Notes under the pieces: generated by a model | The model's input: only the letters and a program-made list of their open reading frames with translations | The model's database searches: none | Told to the model about the DNA's origin: nothing | From: Polymyxa betae A26-41 | Lineage: Eukaryota; Protista; Endomyxa: Phytomyxea | Direction of reading: 5' to 3' | NCBI GenBank assembly: GCA_003693705.1 | Contig: RBZT01000997.1 | Location: 1 to 51,348, forward strand | Length of the DNA: 51,348 nucleotides | In this document: piece by piece, positions 14,230-31,133 of the stretch | Position numbering within the stretch: position 1 is the first letter of the stretch | Layout of the letters: each line of letters opens with the position of its first letter | Translations under genes and position numbers: made by a program

Positions 14230-15471
14230 CTATTTCAGTCGAGTGGTATTAAAAGTCTGTCTAGTTGTAGTGTTGAAGGCGGCCGTGTTAATTACGCTCA
14301 TACTCTTATTATTGATGCCATGTTTCTCCTGCTCTAAAGATTTGGTTGAATTTCCATTCCCATGAAGTTCTGTAGAAGATTCAGTTTGATTACGTTCTGT
14401 AGATTGTGACAATGTTGAATTAGCAGAAATTGGTGCAGATGTCTTTGGTCCTGATGTTATGCTTGGAGTAAATGTTGGTACACTAGTAGCAGGTAATGAT
14501 AATGTAATTGCTGGGATAGGCTTAGAAAGTATTGATTTTCTGTTCAATTGATGTAGAGATAGAGATCTGGATGGTCTTCTAACTACATCTGTGTCCTCAT
14601 CTTGGTCCTCTTCTTCCTGATCCTGATCATCATCACAATCTTCAGCATCTACAACTGGTTCATCACTACATTCTTCGTCATTTGACGATATACGAATTGG
14701 ACGTCGAACAACACGTGTTCGCGGCTTGATTACAATCTTTGGTGATGGCAATATAATCTGTTGAGGTGTTTGCAATTGAACTGAACTTGGTGTAGGTAAT
14801 GTAGTTGGTGCTGATGTCATCATTACTTGTACTGGGGCAGTACTAGAGGGTACTGGCCCATTGGCAGCTGTACATGGACCATATGTAGCACCAGATGATA
14901 ATATAGGAGCTGCATCTGCTATAGACATCTTTGCAGTAATATTAACACCTGGAATACAGATTTCAATCTCAGGTAATGGTGTTGCTGGTGATGAAGTAGG
15001 AGCAGCTGATGTTGGAGCAGAGCTTGGCGCTGATGTTGATGGGGATGGTGTCGATGCTGATGTTGATGGGGATGGCGTTGATGCTGATGGGGATGGCGTT
15101 GAAGTTGGTTGATCTGCACTAGGAGATGAATTGTTATTAGTAGTAGTTGAATTCTGCTCTTGATGATGAGCTTGATCAGATTGAGAAGGTTTAGCAGGTT
15201 CTGGTTTGGGAGAATTATTGCTTGCAGGCTTGGGTGATGTTGCTGGCGATGGCTTACTATATGAATTACTTTTAGATTGATTATCAGATTCTGTACTAGG
15301 CTTATTATTGTTCGAGGAATTCGCAGTTGGAGTTGATGACGATTTAGGTGATGCTGCAGAATGTGGTTTTGGGGTCATTTGGACACCCACCATATTTGTT
15401 GCACTTTGAACTGAATCAGCTACAAATATAATCATAAGAATTAACACGCCTGCTCTATATGCAGACCTCAT
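14230..15471 (-). CDS. Secreted Ser/Thr/Pro-rich mucin-like protein
   Basis: Signal peptide MRSAYRAGVLILMIIFVADSVQSA, STPSPS repeats, an acidic block and multiple NxS/T sites. Confidence 0.75.
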   Translation of the reverse strand: MRSAYRAGVLILMIIFVADSVQSATNMVGVQMTPKPHSAASPKSSSTPTANSSNNNKPSTESDNQSKSNSYSKPSPATSPKPASNNSPKPEPAKPSQSDQAHHQEQNSTTTNNNSSPSADQPTSTPSPSASTPSPSTSASTPSPSTSAPSSAPTSAAPTSSPATPLPEIEICIPGVNITAKMSIADAAPILSSGATYGPCTAANGPVPSSTAPVQVMMTSAPTTLPTPSSVQLQTPQQIILPSPKIVIKPRTRVVRRPIRISSNDEECSDEPVVDAEDCDDDQDQEEEDQDEDTDVVRRPSRSLSLHQLNRKSILSKPIPAITLSLPATSVPTFTPSITSGPKTSAPISANSTLSQSTERNQTESSTELHGNGNSTKSLEQEKHGINNKSMSVINTAAFNTTTRQTFNTTRLK

Positions 15472-16084
15472 CTTGCTCAGTAAATAAATTAACGATCTTG
15501 ATAAAATGTGAGTAAGTTGGTCCCAGTTCCCCCAATAATGACTCAAATATCATCACTATTTCTACGTTGACTCATTACTAATCCTGATCTACAAAATACT
15601 TCTTATCAGAAGTGCCCTCGCATACAAATCTGATTATTTCGATATACAGTCTGGAAATAAATTTCAAGTTCAAGTTTAAAGAACGACTTAAAAGACTTAA
15701 AACGTTTGTTAAATACAGGTAGTAGGAGACATCGATCTGATAGCATTTGATATAATGATCATTGAGATCCAGTATTACCAATCTGTAGTCCTGATGTTAC
15801 AAAGAATGTTGCAGTCTGGTATAATATGTCTTCAGTAATGTAAACTGTAGGGTATTTCTGATACTTTGAACCCTATTGGGTTATATTACACTGTAAAGAG
15901 GTTGAAATAAGGTAGATTGATATTTGATTTAATCCAGATCGAATTAAAGAATTTGGTGTCGGGTATCCGATTATCAACATGCCCATAATCTGTTGAATTA
16001 AATTCATAATCGGTTTGATATATCGTAAGGATTGCATTAAGCGTTTGCTCACACAGTGTGAGTACCATCACAGTTGTTATTGAA

Positions 16085-16752
16085 ATGTCAGAATCTGGAT
16101 TCTATCTAATGGTGACAGGCCAGATCGAAGCCTGTAAGATGTCGACAGTTGATAATCTCTATTGTCGATATCATTATAAGTTTGGTAAAGATTGGAGATA
16201 CGTCAATGTAGGTGAGAGCAGGTTCTTAGCTGCTAATATCTTCTCTAATAATAATGCCATTTATACCATGATTAGGGCTTAGAATTTGGAATGTCTCAAA
16301 TAGCTCGCTCTGTATCTGGATCTGAAGGTGTATTCGTCTGGAATTATCCAATTGACACCAGTTTTCGTAGTACAAATCCATATGGATGGCCTCAACTTGT
16401 GATTAGTTTATATGGATTTAATATATTTGGTAAAGATGTTGTTAGAGGTTATGGATTTATTCATATTCCAACAACACCTGGTAGACATGAACGTTATATC
16501 AAATTATATGCACCAAGATCATCATCGATCTGCAGCCAAATTGTCAATTATATATTCGGATCACCACCTGAATATTTCGATAGCAATTTCGTGGCGCAGG
16601 GCAAAGGTCGTGAAGTCACACGAGTATCTTCCAATGGATGTGTTAAAGTCGTATTTAATGTCGCAACCAAAAACATGAAAGCATTCGGGTATAGCGTCAA
16701 TGATTCAATGACGTCAGCTATGCAAGACGAATTACAAGAGAAGGCTGCTTGA
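16085..16752 (+). CDS. B9D1: B9 domain-containing protein 1 (ciliary transition zone), 2 exons
   Basis: VTGQIE..., NLYCRY, VWNYPIDTSFRSTNPYGWPQLVISLYG, DVVRGYG and GREVTRV. Confidence 0.93.
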
Positions 16753-16821
16753 TATAATTCTGCTTTATGATTTAATCAAAATCGTGACAGTTTCAATACT
16801 GAAACTGTATTAAATATATTA

Positions 16822-17280
16822 TTAGGCGGTATCAGCAGATTGAGCACGAACATTCTGTGGCGATTGCAACCTGATCGATGCATCTTCATATATAGCTGAT
16901 AAATTGCCCAATATCTTATTATCGCTTAATATTGACATAATCTTGAGCTCGAGATTTGATGCTAATTCCTGCAACTGATCCACATCTTGTCCTGTTATTA
17001 CTATTGGTTCTGACATAACAGGCTCCTCTTTCAATACAGATCGAATAGATATTTCCATCTCTTCGATCTTAACTGCCATCAACTCAAGATCCTCTTGATC
17101 ATACAACAATGCCTTCTGGATGCATTCCGATAGCGAATCCAGCATTACCATGAACCGATCGTGCTTGTAGAAGTTGTGTCGTTGATCTTGAGCGTTGATA
17201 GTGATGGAAGAGATTAAGGATTCCATTTGAGTAATAAAATCACTTAATGGGCATGATGTAATAGTTGATTGCATACCCAA
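16822..17280 (-). CDS. Hypothetical helical protein or exon; may belong to the upstream gene
   Basis: A 152-codon open frame with coiled-coil-like composition; the start is unresolved. Confidence 0.45.
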   Translation of the reverse strand: MGMQSTITSCPLSDFITQMESLISSITINAQDQRHNFYKHDRFMVMLDSLSECIQKALLYDQEDLELMAVKIEEMEISIRSVLKEEPVMSEPIVITGQDVDQLQELASNLELKIMSILSDNKILGNLSAIYEDASIRLQSPQNVRAQSADTA

Positions 17281-17381
17281 GTATTATACAAATTTGATTC
17301 ATGTTCATCATGTTCTAAAACTTGAAGGTCATCATGACTCAAGCCTCATTGACGTCAGTTATCATCAACTGTTTCATTTCT

Positions 17382-18225
17382 TTATACAGTATTGGTTAAT
17401 GCATCTTCATTCGATTGCTGTTCATCAAGTGGCCAAAGTTGACACAATCGTTTAGATAACAGATTATGTCTCTTTAATACGTGATATGCTAGCAAGAAGA
17501 TGATGACCATTATGGCGATTACAACAAGGTAGCACCACCATGACCTTTGTTGAGTTTCTGGTTTGGGTTTTTGGAACTTCAATGGGATCTCGTTAATAGC
17601 ATCGTTCAATTCAATCCAAACTTGGAACTAATCAAGAATATCAGTTGCAGACTCTTCAATTGATTTTATATGTAGACCTGTCCAAAATTCCATCGTGCTA
17701 TATTGGTGCCTATTTCTTCTAATCTGTCCAACTGTTCGGTTAGCAATGAATCAATTTCCATAAAGTATTCACGAATTAAGCTAGCGGATCTGAAACGATC
17801 TTGAAGATGGTTAAAGACCAGATACAGAAATTGGTTCTGTGCAATTTCTTCCATAAAATTCTTGAACTGATCTGGATTATTCAAGTAACCTTCGATCGTG
17901 GTCGAACGTAATTCTCGAACTCGATTCAGGAATAGAGCTAGATGAATGGAGCTAGACAAGATCGTTAACCAGATTACCTAAATGCAGGACAAAGTCAACA
18001 TGATTACCTTGCAGAAAGTGAATTAACATCAAGAATAGCTTGAATAATGAGTTGACCAGCTGTAATACTATCTCCATAACCTGGTTCTAATCTCAAACTA
18101 CAGATTGTTTCGTCTTGCGATAATATCGTCAGGACTTGTCCAGCATAATCAAATGCATCTTCATCTACATTGTTCGATTTCGTATTTGGAACTAGACATA
18201 GAATCAGTAGCAAGACTAGATGCAT
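17382..18225 (-). CDS. Hypothetical type I membrane protein, ~3 exons
   Basis: Signal peptide MHLVLLLILCLVPNTKS, successive minus-strand ORFs separated by short gaps, and a TM segment WWCYLVVIAIMVIIFLLAY followed by basic residues. Confidence 0.6.
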
Positions 18226-18493
18226 GATTAGCGAGTTTAAATATGGATTGGAAATGGGGAATCGTTGATGGTTGGTTCCGTTGTATTTCTAATGTCAATC
18301 AATCATTATGCATCAAATGAATGTTTTATATCATTTGACTCATGTCTATATTGTTACATTTGTACAGTATGGTAGTACCTGTACATAACATAACATATGG
18401 CTCAACAGTAAGGATTGCACCAGAAATGTGAATACTGTGAACAGTATTAACTTATTTATATTTCAATTTGATTGAAAATCCTGAAGCTGGTTT

Positions 18494-19738
18494 TTACGTA
18501 TAGGGTTCTCCCAAGTTCTCTATAGAAGCTTGAAGCGGAAACGCTCTTGCTAATGATGGATCTAGAAGCATATCTCTATCCCGAACATCACCACCATTAC
18601 CGGATACTGTTGTTGTTGGACCATTCGGTGATAATGGATATGGGAACAGGTTCAATGAATCGCTGGATGCATTCAAATTAAGAGGTGGGCAACCCCAGAT
18701 TGTTTGTTGACTTCCTGGGGCTATCAGAACTTTCTCCACACATGCCTGCATCTGTTCCAGTCCTTGCAGAGCTTGTTTCTGCATTTTTAGGTTAGGCTTC
18801 TGGTTTGCTAATAGCTATACAAAGGTTAGTGCGTAGAACAATGATACCAACGAGTATATACCTCTTGGTGAGCAAATGGGAGCTCGTTTCCATTTGCTGT
18901 AAATTCGTTTAGATGTGACATTACGAATTGCATCGTTTGTGGATCAACAGAATCTGCTTTGATTTCGGCCTCGATGACGTTTTCTTTATTTAAACTTTGC
19001 CTTTTGCGCTTGTTACTGGCAAGAGTCGGTGCAGTTGATCCATCTGGGGAATATTCTCTAAGAAACGATGCTAAGAAGAGCATCATCTGTTGCTGAACCT
19101 AAACAAACTGTTCACTCCCTGTATGAAAACACAACCGACGCTCAAACCTTCCACATTTGTTGGTATTGAGTTTTCAAGCTCTCCACTTGATTCTGCAATT
19201 CGTCCATCACAACCTAACCGAAGAAATTAGTCGAGCATTGTGAGATCTCAAACAATCGAACTTTTGAGCGGCTAAACACTGCCATTGAGTTACAATTGCT
19301 ACCAGAGGCAGGTTTCGCAAGCGCATGTTTTCGCTTAATTCTTGATAGCAGATCATCTCGCCCTCTCAAAAACGCTTGATGTTTAAATTCGATATTGCTG
19401 TCATGAGCGAATTTGTGGAAACCATAAAGATTTAACTGACGAACGAACGAAGAGAAATTTTTGTGTTTGAAATACCTATACATTGATATGAATTTAACAG
19501 CAGCTGTGTACAAAGGGATTTCAAACCTAGGCAAGACAAACTGTGCAAATTCATGCTCTTTCTTAACAATAAAGCCATCGCCTTGTGAGTTCCAGGAGAT
19601 GATATCGTGATGATCGCCACCGGACACCATGAGCCAGGTTTTCGAGATAAATGCCGGGAGCGGCTTGGGCATAGAATCAGGTCTGTCATGTCTGATATGA
19701 TGCTTGGGATGATCATGGGTATAATGCATTGATGTCAT
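18494..19738 (-). CDS. HSF: Heat shock factor-type transcription factor, multi-exon
   Basis: PAFISKTWLMV...IISWN...FIV...[24 protein letters not shown] DNA-binding domain, followed by heptad-repeat exons. Confidence 0.92.
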
Positions 19739-20186
19739 CGTGTATGTGATGATTACAGAAATGAGATAGTGATATGGAGGTTACTTGGTATAAGACGAGG
19801 TGGACCCCACCCACTTATACAGGTAGTAGATCTCTATCTTCTCTCTTCTCTCAAGATTTAACAGATAGATAGATAGATGTAACACAGTATACCCTCTCAG
19901 CTCGATTACAATACAAAATGATAAAGAGACCACAACCAAAATCGAACCTGTTTACAATTCCAATGACGATCGCATATCAGCTCCAAGGTTGACAAAAGAA
20001 GCCGATTCCAAGTGACGTCACATTCACCAGCGAGTTGGTTCTGGAATGATCGGGAACCCTCAGATCCAGTGCCCCTCTGTCCCCAAGCTTCCAGAATAAT
20101 TTCTGCCTTATCTATTTCCTTATCGTTTAGTTGGCTTTTCACATATATGACGAAGCAATGAACGTATCAAGTATGTAGGGATAGAA

Positions 20187-21485
20187 TTAAGGCCTTTTGG
20201 CCGACCATTTGGCATTGATTGCTGCAAGCTCTGAGAACCTATTACGAACAATGAATTGATTCAAGATACGGCTAAGATCTTGGGGTGAATCTTCCTGAAT
20301 AGAATGGCATCCTGTAACAATCTCAACTTGTAATCTGCCTTGCATTTGGCAAATTAGAATGTCCCTATGAAAAAAATCAGTTTAATTTCGCAAGTTTACT
20401 TGAATGCAGGAACTTACTTATCCATTCGGTCCGTACTTGCTAAAACAAGCAGCTTAGCACATTTGAGATTAACAAACATTTCCGTCAATCCTTGATACCA
20501 AGAGACCCAATACGACTCAGATTTCGCTAAATCGGTTCTCCATTCCCATCGGTGCAAATTCGGATTGAGACACAGTTGATATGGAAGAGAAATCTACAAA
20601 GCGGTTCAATGCAATACAGATCGAAAGAAGAAACCGAACCTTGGCAGCTTCTCGTGACCTTATAGTTCCAGTATGAGTAATATAATCAATAGCTTCAGAT
20701 ACTGATTCAAATGATTTAGGTCTCTGTGCTAAAAATCCTGGCATATGTACCAATGCTGGTATGGCAGTACCTAAGAATTTTTCAAATTTGTCTCAAATCA
20801 TAAAAATGAGATACCTTCTACAACATCTACAACGCAAACACCTGCAATCTTGATCTTTTCAGAATGTGCAATGCGAACAGCCAATGCACCGCCAAGGCTA
20901 TGGCCTAATTAGATGAGAAAGTAAGAAGCATACAGAAGTGCTGATATCATTGTTACCAACTAAAGAAATGAAGGCTGATGAAGGAACACTTTTCAGAATA
21001 ACAGCTACAGCATCGTCGACTAAAGTTTCATTAGACTATATAATACTGTTAGCATATCTAGATAATGAATGAACCGATTCAGACCAGATTCAATTGATCT
21101 TTGCATCTTGTCTCGCCTATTATCAATAATTTATTAACATATCACCAATAGATCTACAAATACCAACCATGGCCGCGATAATCGAATGCCATAACGCCGA
21201 ATTGCGATTTCAACTGTCGCTATTCTCAACATTATCAAATAAAACATGTACATAATAGATTGAATTGATATAACGTACAGCAACAAGAGCCCAGCTCATA
21301 CTTGTATGCCCACATCCATGCAGAAATACTAATACAACATTGCTATCCATATTACCGCCTTCGTACACACAGAATACCTAAAGCCAATAATCAGAATTCG
21401 GGTGTAAACCCAATCAGCAACGTCTGACATCATCTGCAACTGATACATAATGACATCGATCATAGAAGTCCAATGGTGATGTCAT
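20187..21485 (-). CDS. PPME1: Protein phosphatase methylesterase 1, multi-exon
   Basis: FLHGCGHTSMSWA, FDYRGHG, GHSLGGA, VDVVEGTA, RPKSFES, WRTDL, TDRMDK, QMQGR and HSIQEDSP. Confidence 0.9.
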
Positions 21486-22556
21486 GTGTTCTGCGTGTAA
21501 TAACTATGATGACTATGATGTATTACTCGATATTCAAACTCACATGACCAATCACAAATCACGAATCAACACCTTCTCACATCACAGATTCTCTACAGTC
21601 CAAATTCACATTCTTTTCAAACTTTGTTGGATCAGAAACATTCTTTAGTTAACAGTCGAACACTTGGATGCAGAATGGATTTAAGGAATCGAATACATCG
21701 AACTGGTCAGCTTATTACTGCAAATTTGTCAGTTTTAAGTATGTAATTACTCCATGTTTGAATAATGGCTAATTTCTCTGAAGCAACCCTACAAGCAGAT
21801 CTGTATGGAATATTGATCTAAAGAGCTCATTGAATATGGTTTCAACGATTATCAAGGTCTGATTGATCCACGACTCAACCAAAGCATGGTTTGTACGTAC
21901 TAACAGTTCGACATTGATAGAACTAATCCTGCACTTTGGTTATTGATGGAGCTTTTCTTGTTCTCACAATCCTGACTGATACAAGATTTACAGAAAGCCT
22001 GAATTCTGCCACCTTCAGTTCGTTGAAGTTGGTCATATATAGGTATCAACCTCCTATATCTAGCCAAAGCCATTATCACTCGCGCTACCTGAGATCCTTT
22101 TGAACTCCAACAGAAACGTCTGATTATGTTGGACTTTAATGATCAGAGCGAGCATATGGACGTCACGATCACATGTTCAGAATGGGTTATAAACATGACA
22201 TCAAACAGTATACAACCAGTATTTGTACCGACTACAGTAATACAAACTTAAATAGTTCAATTCAAAAGAACCTTAAAGGGCAGCAATGTCAACTTTATCG
22301 GTTAATTGACAGCAGAGTATGCTGATACAAAAATAGTCATGCATGATATTGGTCAACCAGAACAGTATTTACAACATTGAACTGATTGTCGACCGTCACC
22401 ATTAACGATTGGCGATGGCGTTGTAATGGCGCGGGATCACCGTTAAGATTTCGTTAGATAAGTCATTATGGTGAACATGAGGTTATTGATATTTAGTCAT
22501 GTATTTAAGTAGGGTACTGTTCTGGATTTCATCAAAAAACTTGCTGTAAAGTTGAT

Positions 22557-24840
22557 TTAGAAAGTAGTTACTGGCGAATCTGCAACGAATCTGATTTTAC
22601 TGGCTTTCATGATTCTTAAAGGATGGGCCTCGGTTGTGAACACGAAATGATCTAGCGGTATGAACGTATCCGGAGAGAATAATAAATAGAGATATTTGAA
22701 TGTTTCAGCCATGACGAAACTTTCCATATTATCAAGCTTGGGAGCAGGGACATCGCTTGAATCAACATTCTGCACAGCAGCATAAGCCGTATTTGTCTTA
22801 CAGTGTTTCTCTATTGCAGAGAAAATATTCCAACCTAACATATATCAGAGGTCGGGAATTATCATGATAAAAAAACAGGAATGTTACCAGCATCTCGATA
22901 TGCTTCATTCTTAGTGATCCGATGTAGAATGAATAAAGATTCAACAGTTTCAGGCCTCAACAGGTATCTTGGATCATCGCCAATTCTGGCTTTATCGTTC
23001 GTAAACTCGATGTATTCAGCTACAATAATCATCATAACAGAATTAGAGCAGGTATATAGCATACCAGGTAGTTGAGTAGCTGTCATAGTATACATCTCAA
23101 CACATGTATCCAATAGCTTTACAGCGATATCCATATGCCGCTCTATTTTCAAATTTACTTTACAAATTCAAGCACCGAGACATTTACCTTTTCGCTTCAA
23201 TAAACTTTCAATATTGTGTACCTCTCCATAATGAGCACCTAATGCCAACATCCCAGGAACCTAAATCTCCCAATCAATGTTTAATTTGTCAGGCGTGGGT
23301 TGCATACGAAGCAAGCCAGATGTTCCATTTTATTCTCAGTCATCCCATTCGTACGTTGAACAATGCGAGCGCGTTTCTGAATACTATCCTGAAATCTCTA
23401 CAAAGGGAAACTTAGACTTTTGACCTTATTCGAGTGCGGTTCGTCCCATTCAATGACAAGCTTCTCTACCATCTCGTCAATTGCCTAAAGCGCCAATCAA
23501 GTAAGTGGTATATAGGAAACTATTTAGTGGCTGACCTTAATATACATGTCAAGGGCGATAGGTATTGTCCTATCGCTCAAAATATACAGTTTCAATAAAT
23601 ATTCATAATACGAATCAGAAAGAGATCCCATAGTCAAAACATCGTTCGATGGACTTCCTGGGGGAAATATTAAGCGGTTGATAATGATAATAGATTTGTC
23701 AAGCGACCAGATTTTAAATTGAATTCAGTTGTAAGTAACCCTCCTTGAGTGTTCTTGTTTAGAAATTCGTATACTTTCATAGCAGCTGACATAAACTTAG
23801 GATCATCTGTATGATGTGATAGCGCTGAAAACTCCATCTACAAACAATAAAACCGAGCTCTATGAAACAGCATAAATTAGTACCTGCAATGACCCAAACT
23901 CACTTAGAATTGCAGTATCAATTCCAAGCCAACTTCCAGATTGTCGACCTGTAGCCAGGTTGATCCTCGATGTTGGCAATCCGGACTCTGTTCCGAACGC
24001 TGGCATTAGGGCATTCCCAACCGTCCGAGCTTGGTCAACAAACCTGACTCACACATAAGCCAGTCCATAATTTGAAAAAAGAAAACACATACATGTAGTC
24101 ACCAGAAAGTTCGAAGGCTGACAATAATCCTCCAAGAATGCGAATGTTCGTCTCGAACACCGAGACATCCGAATTAATTTGGTCAAACTTCATATTGGCA
24201 ATGAAGTTTCGTGCGATGTTGAATTCGTCCATCAGCCCACAGATATAAAGGATTCCCAACGAGTCGATCAGCGTCCAAGCAAGCGAGCCCCAATTATCAG
24301 AGAATGAATGTGTTAAGGGTAAGAGCTCATCATGGCCAAAGGCATCCTTCTTATATCCTGACCTGTTCTCACTTTCAACCCAAATAGCTAAAAGAAGCCT
24401 GATCTCTAGTATCCATACCAAGCATGCAACACTGCGTCTCTCACTGCTTTGCGTTTATCTTGCAAAGAAACAGAAGGAGGTTTAGGCGGCAAACTTGTGT
24501 GCAAATAAGACCGCTTTGTCGATAACGGTTTCAATACAGGTGAGGGCGCAAATGTGGCATCTTGCTGTTTGACAACAGCAGCAGGATTGGGATCTGGTAT
24601 CACAACAGATTTCGGTGTAGATACTTCAGGCGATAGATTTGGAGCGGTAGATGATTGAATAGGTAAAGAAACAAGTTCATTGATGTCAGCTACTGAGACT
24701 ATCGTGCGATACATTACTATCAGTAGCACAACACCAAGTAGTACAGCAAATGCTACAAATCTGATGTTATATCTCTGCAGTTGTCGCCGACATCGAAACC
24801 ATTTTCGACGCCATGTGATGGCTGTGTGTGGACTCAACAT
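22557..24840 (-). CDS. Class I alpha-1,2-mannosidase (GH47), type II membrane protein, multi-exon
   Basis: N-terminal TM segment, HAWYGY, AFGHDEL, SVFETNIRILGGLLSA, YLLRPETVES, MESFVMAETFKYLYLLF and FTTEAHP. Confidence 0.95.
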
Positions 24841-25719
24841 TACAGTATCAAGAGTATGGCTTTTGAAAGCCTCTTGGTACTAATTCCAGATTACTCAAGT
24901 TGCATGCAACACATCATTTATCATCCCTTTCCACAAATTTCAGTCACAAAATCGGGCGCGGCCTTATCGGAGCTGCTCCCGATGAGATCTATGGTGGCGG
25001 GCGGCATGTAAGTCAATCTCGACCGCCTTGCATTCCAAGCAGTAGTAGCCACGCTACAAACTTTAGAAAACCTCCAAGATCCCTAAAAATTAACGAAAAG
25101 ATAAGTGTTATTAGCGTATTCTCTCTAACCAGTAGTTACCACCAATGCATAACCGGGCCATTAAAAAATGCTTCCCACTGGTAGTTCAAACACATTTATG
25201 CTTCTTCTGGCAGGATTGACTATTAGAATATATACTTGATTGGATAAAAACCATAGAAGACACCAATTGCGATAACTTCACAAACATCCAGCTATTACAG
25301 CCTTTCTGATTAGCAGGTTTGTTAGCTGTACATTTTAACAATAGCGGAGGTAGGGAATCAGCGCTAGTGCATGCACCGGTAAATACTGGCCTGCAACGGA
25401 AATCGACAATATCACGTTTTTCACGGAAACTATTTAGAAGCGATTTCATGTTGATACGATCTGTGCTAGTGTCGCCACAGATCTACAACCTCGAACCACG
25501 AACCCATCTACATATAAACTACAAAGTAGATTTGTCAATGAGAGATGTGGTTGCGCTATTCTTATGATACTGCCTCAGGTAATCAGATTCCATCAATGAT
25601 CTCAGCTCTTCATTCCAACAAAACAGGCGATTTTTGTAGAAAATCTAGAACGATCTGATACTGGTACTGACCCTGTATGCAGGCCTTTCAACTGGCCTAC
25701 TTATTGGTTTTTAGTTGCA

Positions 25720-30569
<4,850 letters not shown>

Positions 30570-30726
30570 TAACCTCAGCTTAGACATATTATTGTATTAA
30601 ACAATAAAGTATTCTATAGAATAGCAAAATGATTGATATTTGAGACGTTTAGTAATCTCTGACCTCTGTAATGAAGCTCAACATGAACAAAGGTGAAAGT
30701 GCGAGAGTGGAGTGTCTCATGAAATC

Positions 30727-31078
30727 ATGATAGACAGTACTACTGAACTACAGGTTAATCATTATTTACATTAGAATCATTCTGTCACCAGACATGTCTC
30801 ATTACTTGGCCAGATTGATCAGCTTCAGCAGCGTCTCCAGTCTTATCGTCAGCTGAATACAGTTGCCCATCATAACCGGGTCGACCTGAATTCTTTAAAT
30901 ACTGTCTGGATGAATTTCGGCAGCATGTTTATTCGTGTGCCAGGCGCCGTTGCTGGCGAGTTTATCCAACAAGGCAACCTTGTTTTAGATAATTTGGCTT
31001 TACTGTCACTGAATTTTTATCACAGATAAAGAAAGTATTGAAGCTGAATTGAAAGAACTTCAACAGAAAGCACGTTAG
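30727..31078 (+). CDS. PDRG1-like beta-prefoldin subunit, 3 exons
   Basis: Spliced MIDSTTELQIDQLQQRLQSYRQL...VWMNFGSMFIRVP...FIQQDKESIEAELKELQ. This is a helix-hairpin-helix prefoldin pattern resembling the PDRG1 FGNMFIK motif. Confidence 0.65.
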
Positions 31079-31133
31079 CAATATATAAAGCCGCGTTCGT
31101 TGTTTGATCGAAATTTCGTACTTGGATCGGATA

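Noticed and set aside
14861-15119. Gly/Asp/Val and His/Gln-rich overlapping ORFs
   Set aside because: Alternative-frame shadows of the STPSPS repeats of the mucin-like gene.
21540-22460. Possible multi-exon plus-strand gene between PPME1 and the mannosidase
   Set aside because: Intron-like GT..CTAAC..AG segments exist, but I could not assemble a consistent open frame or recognise a product.
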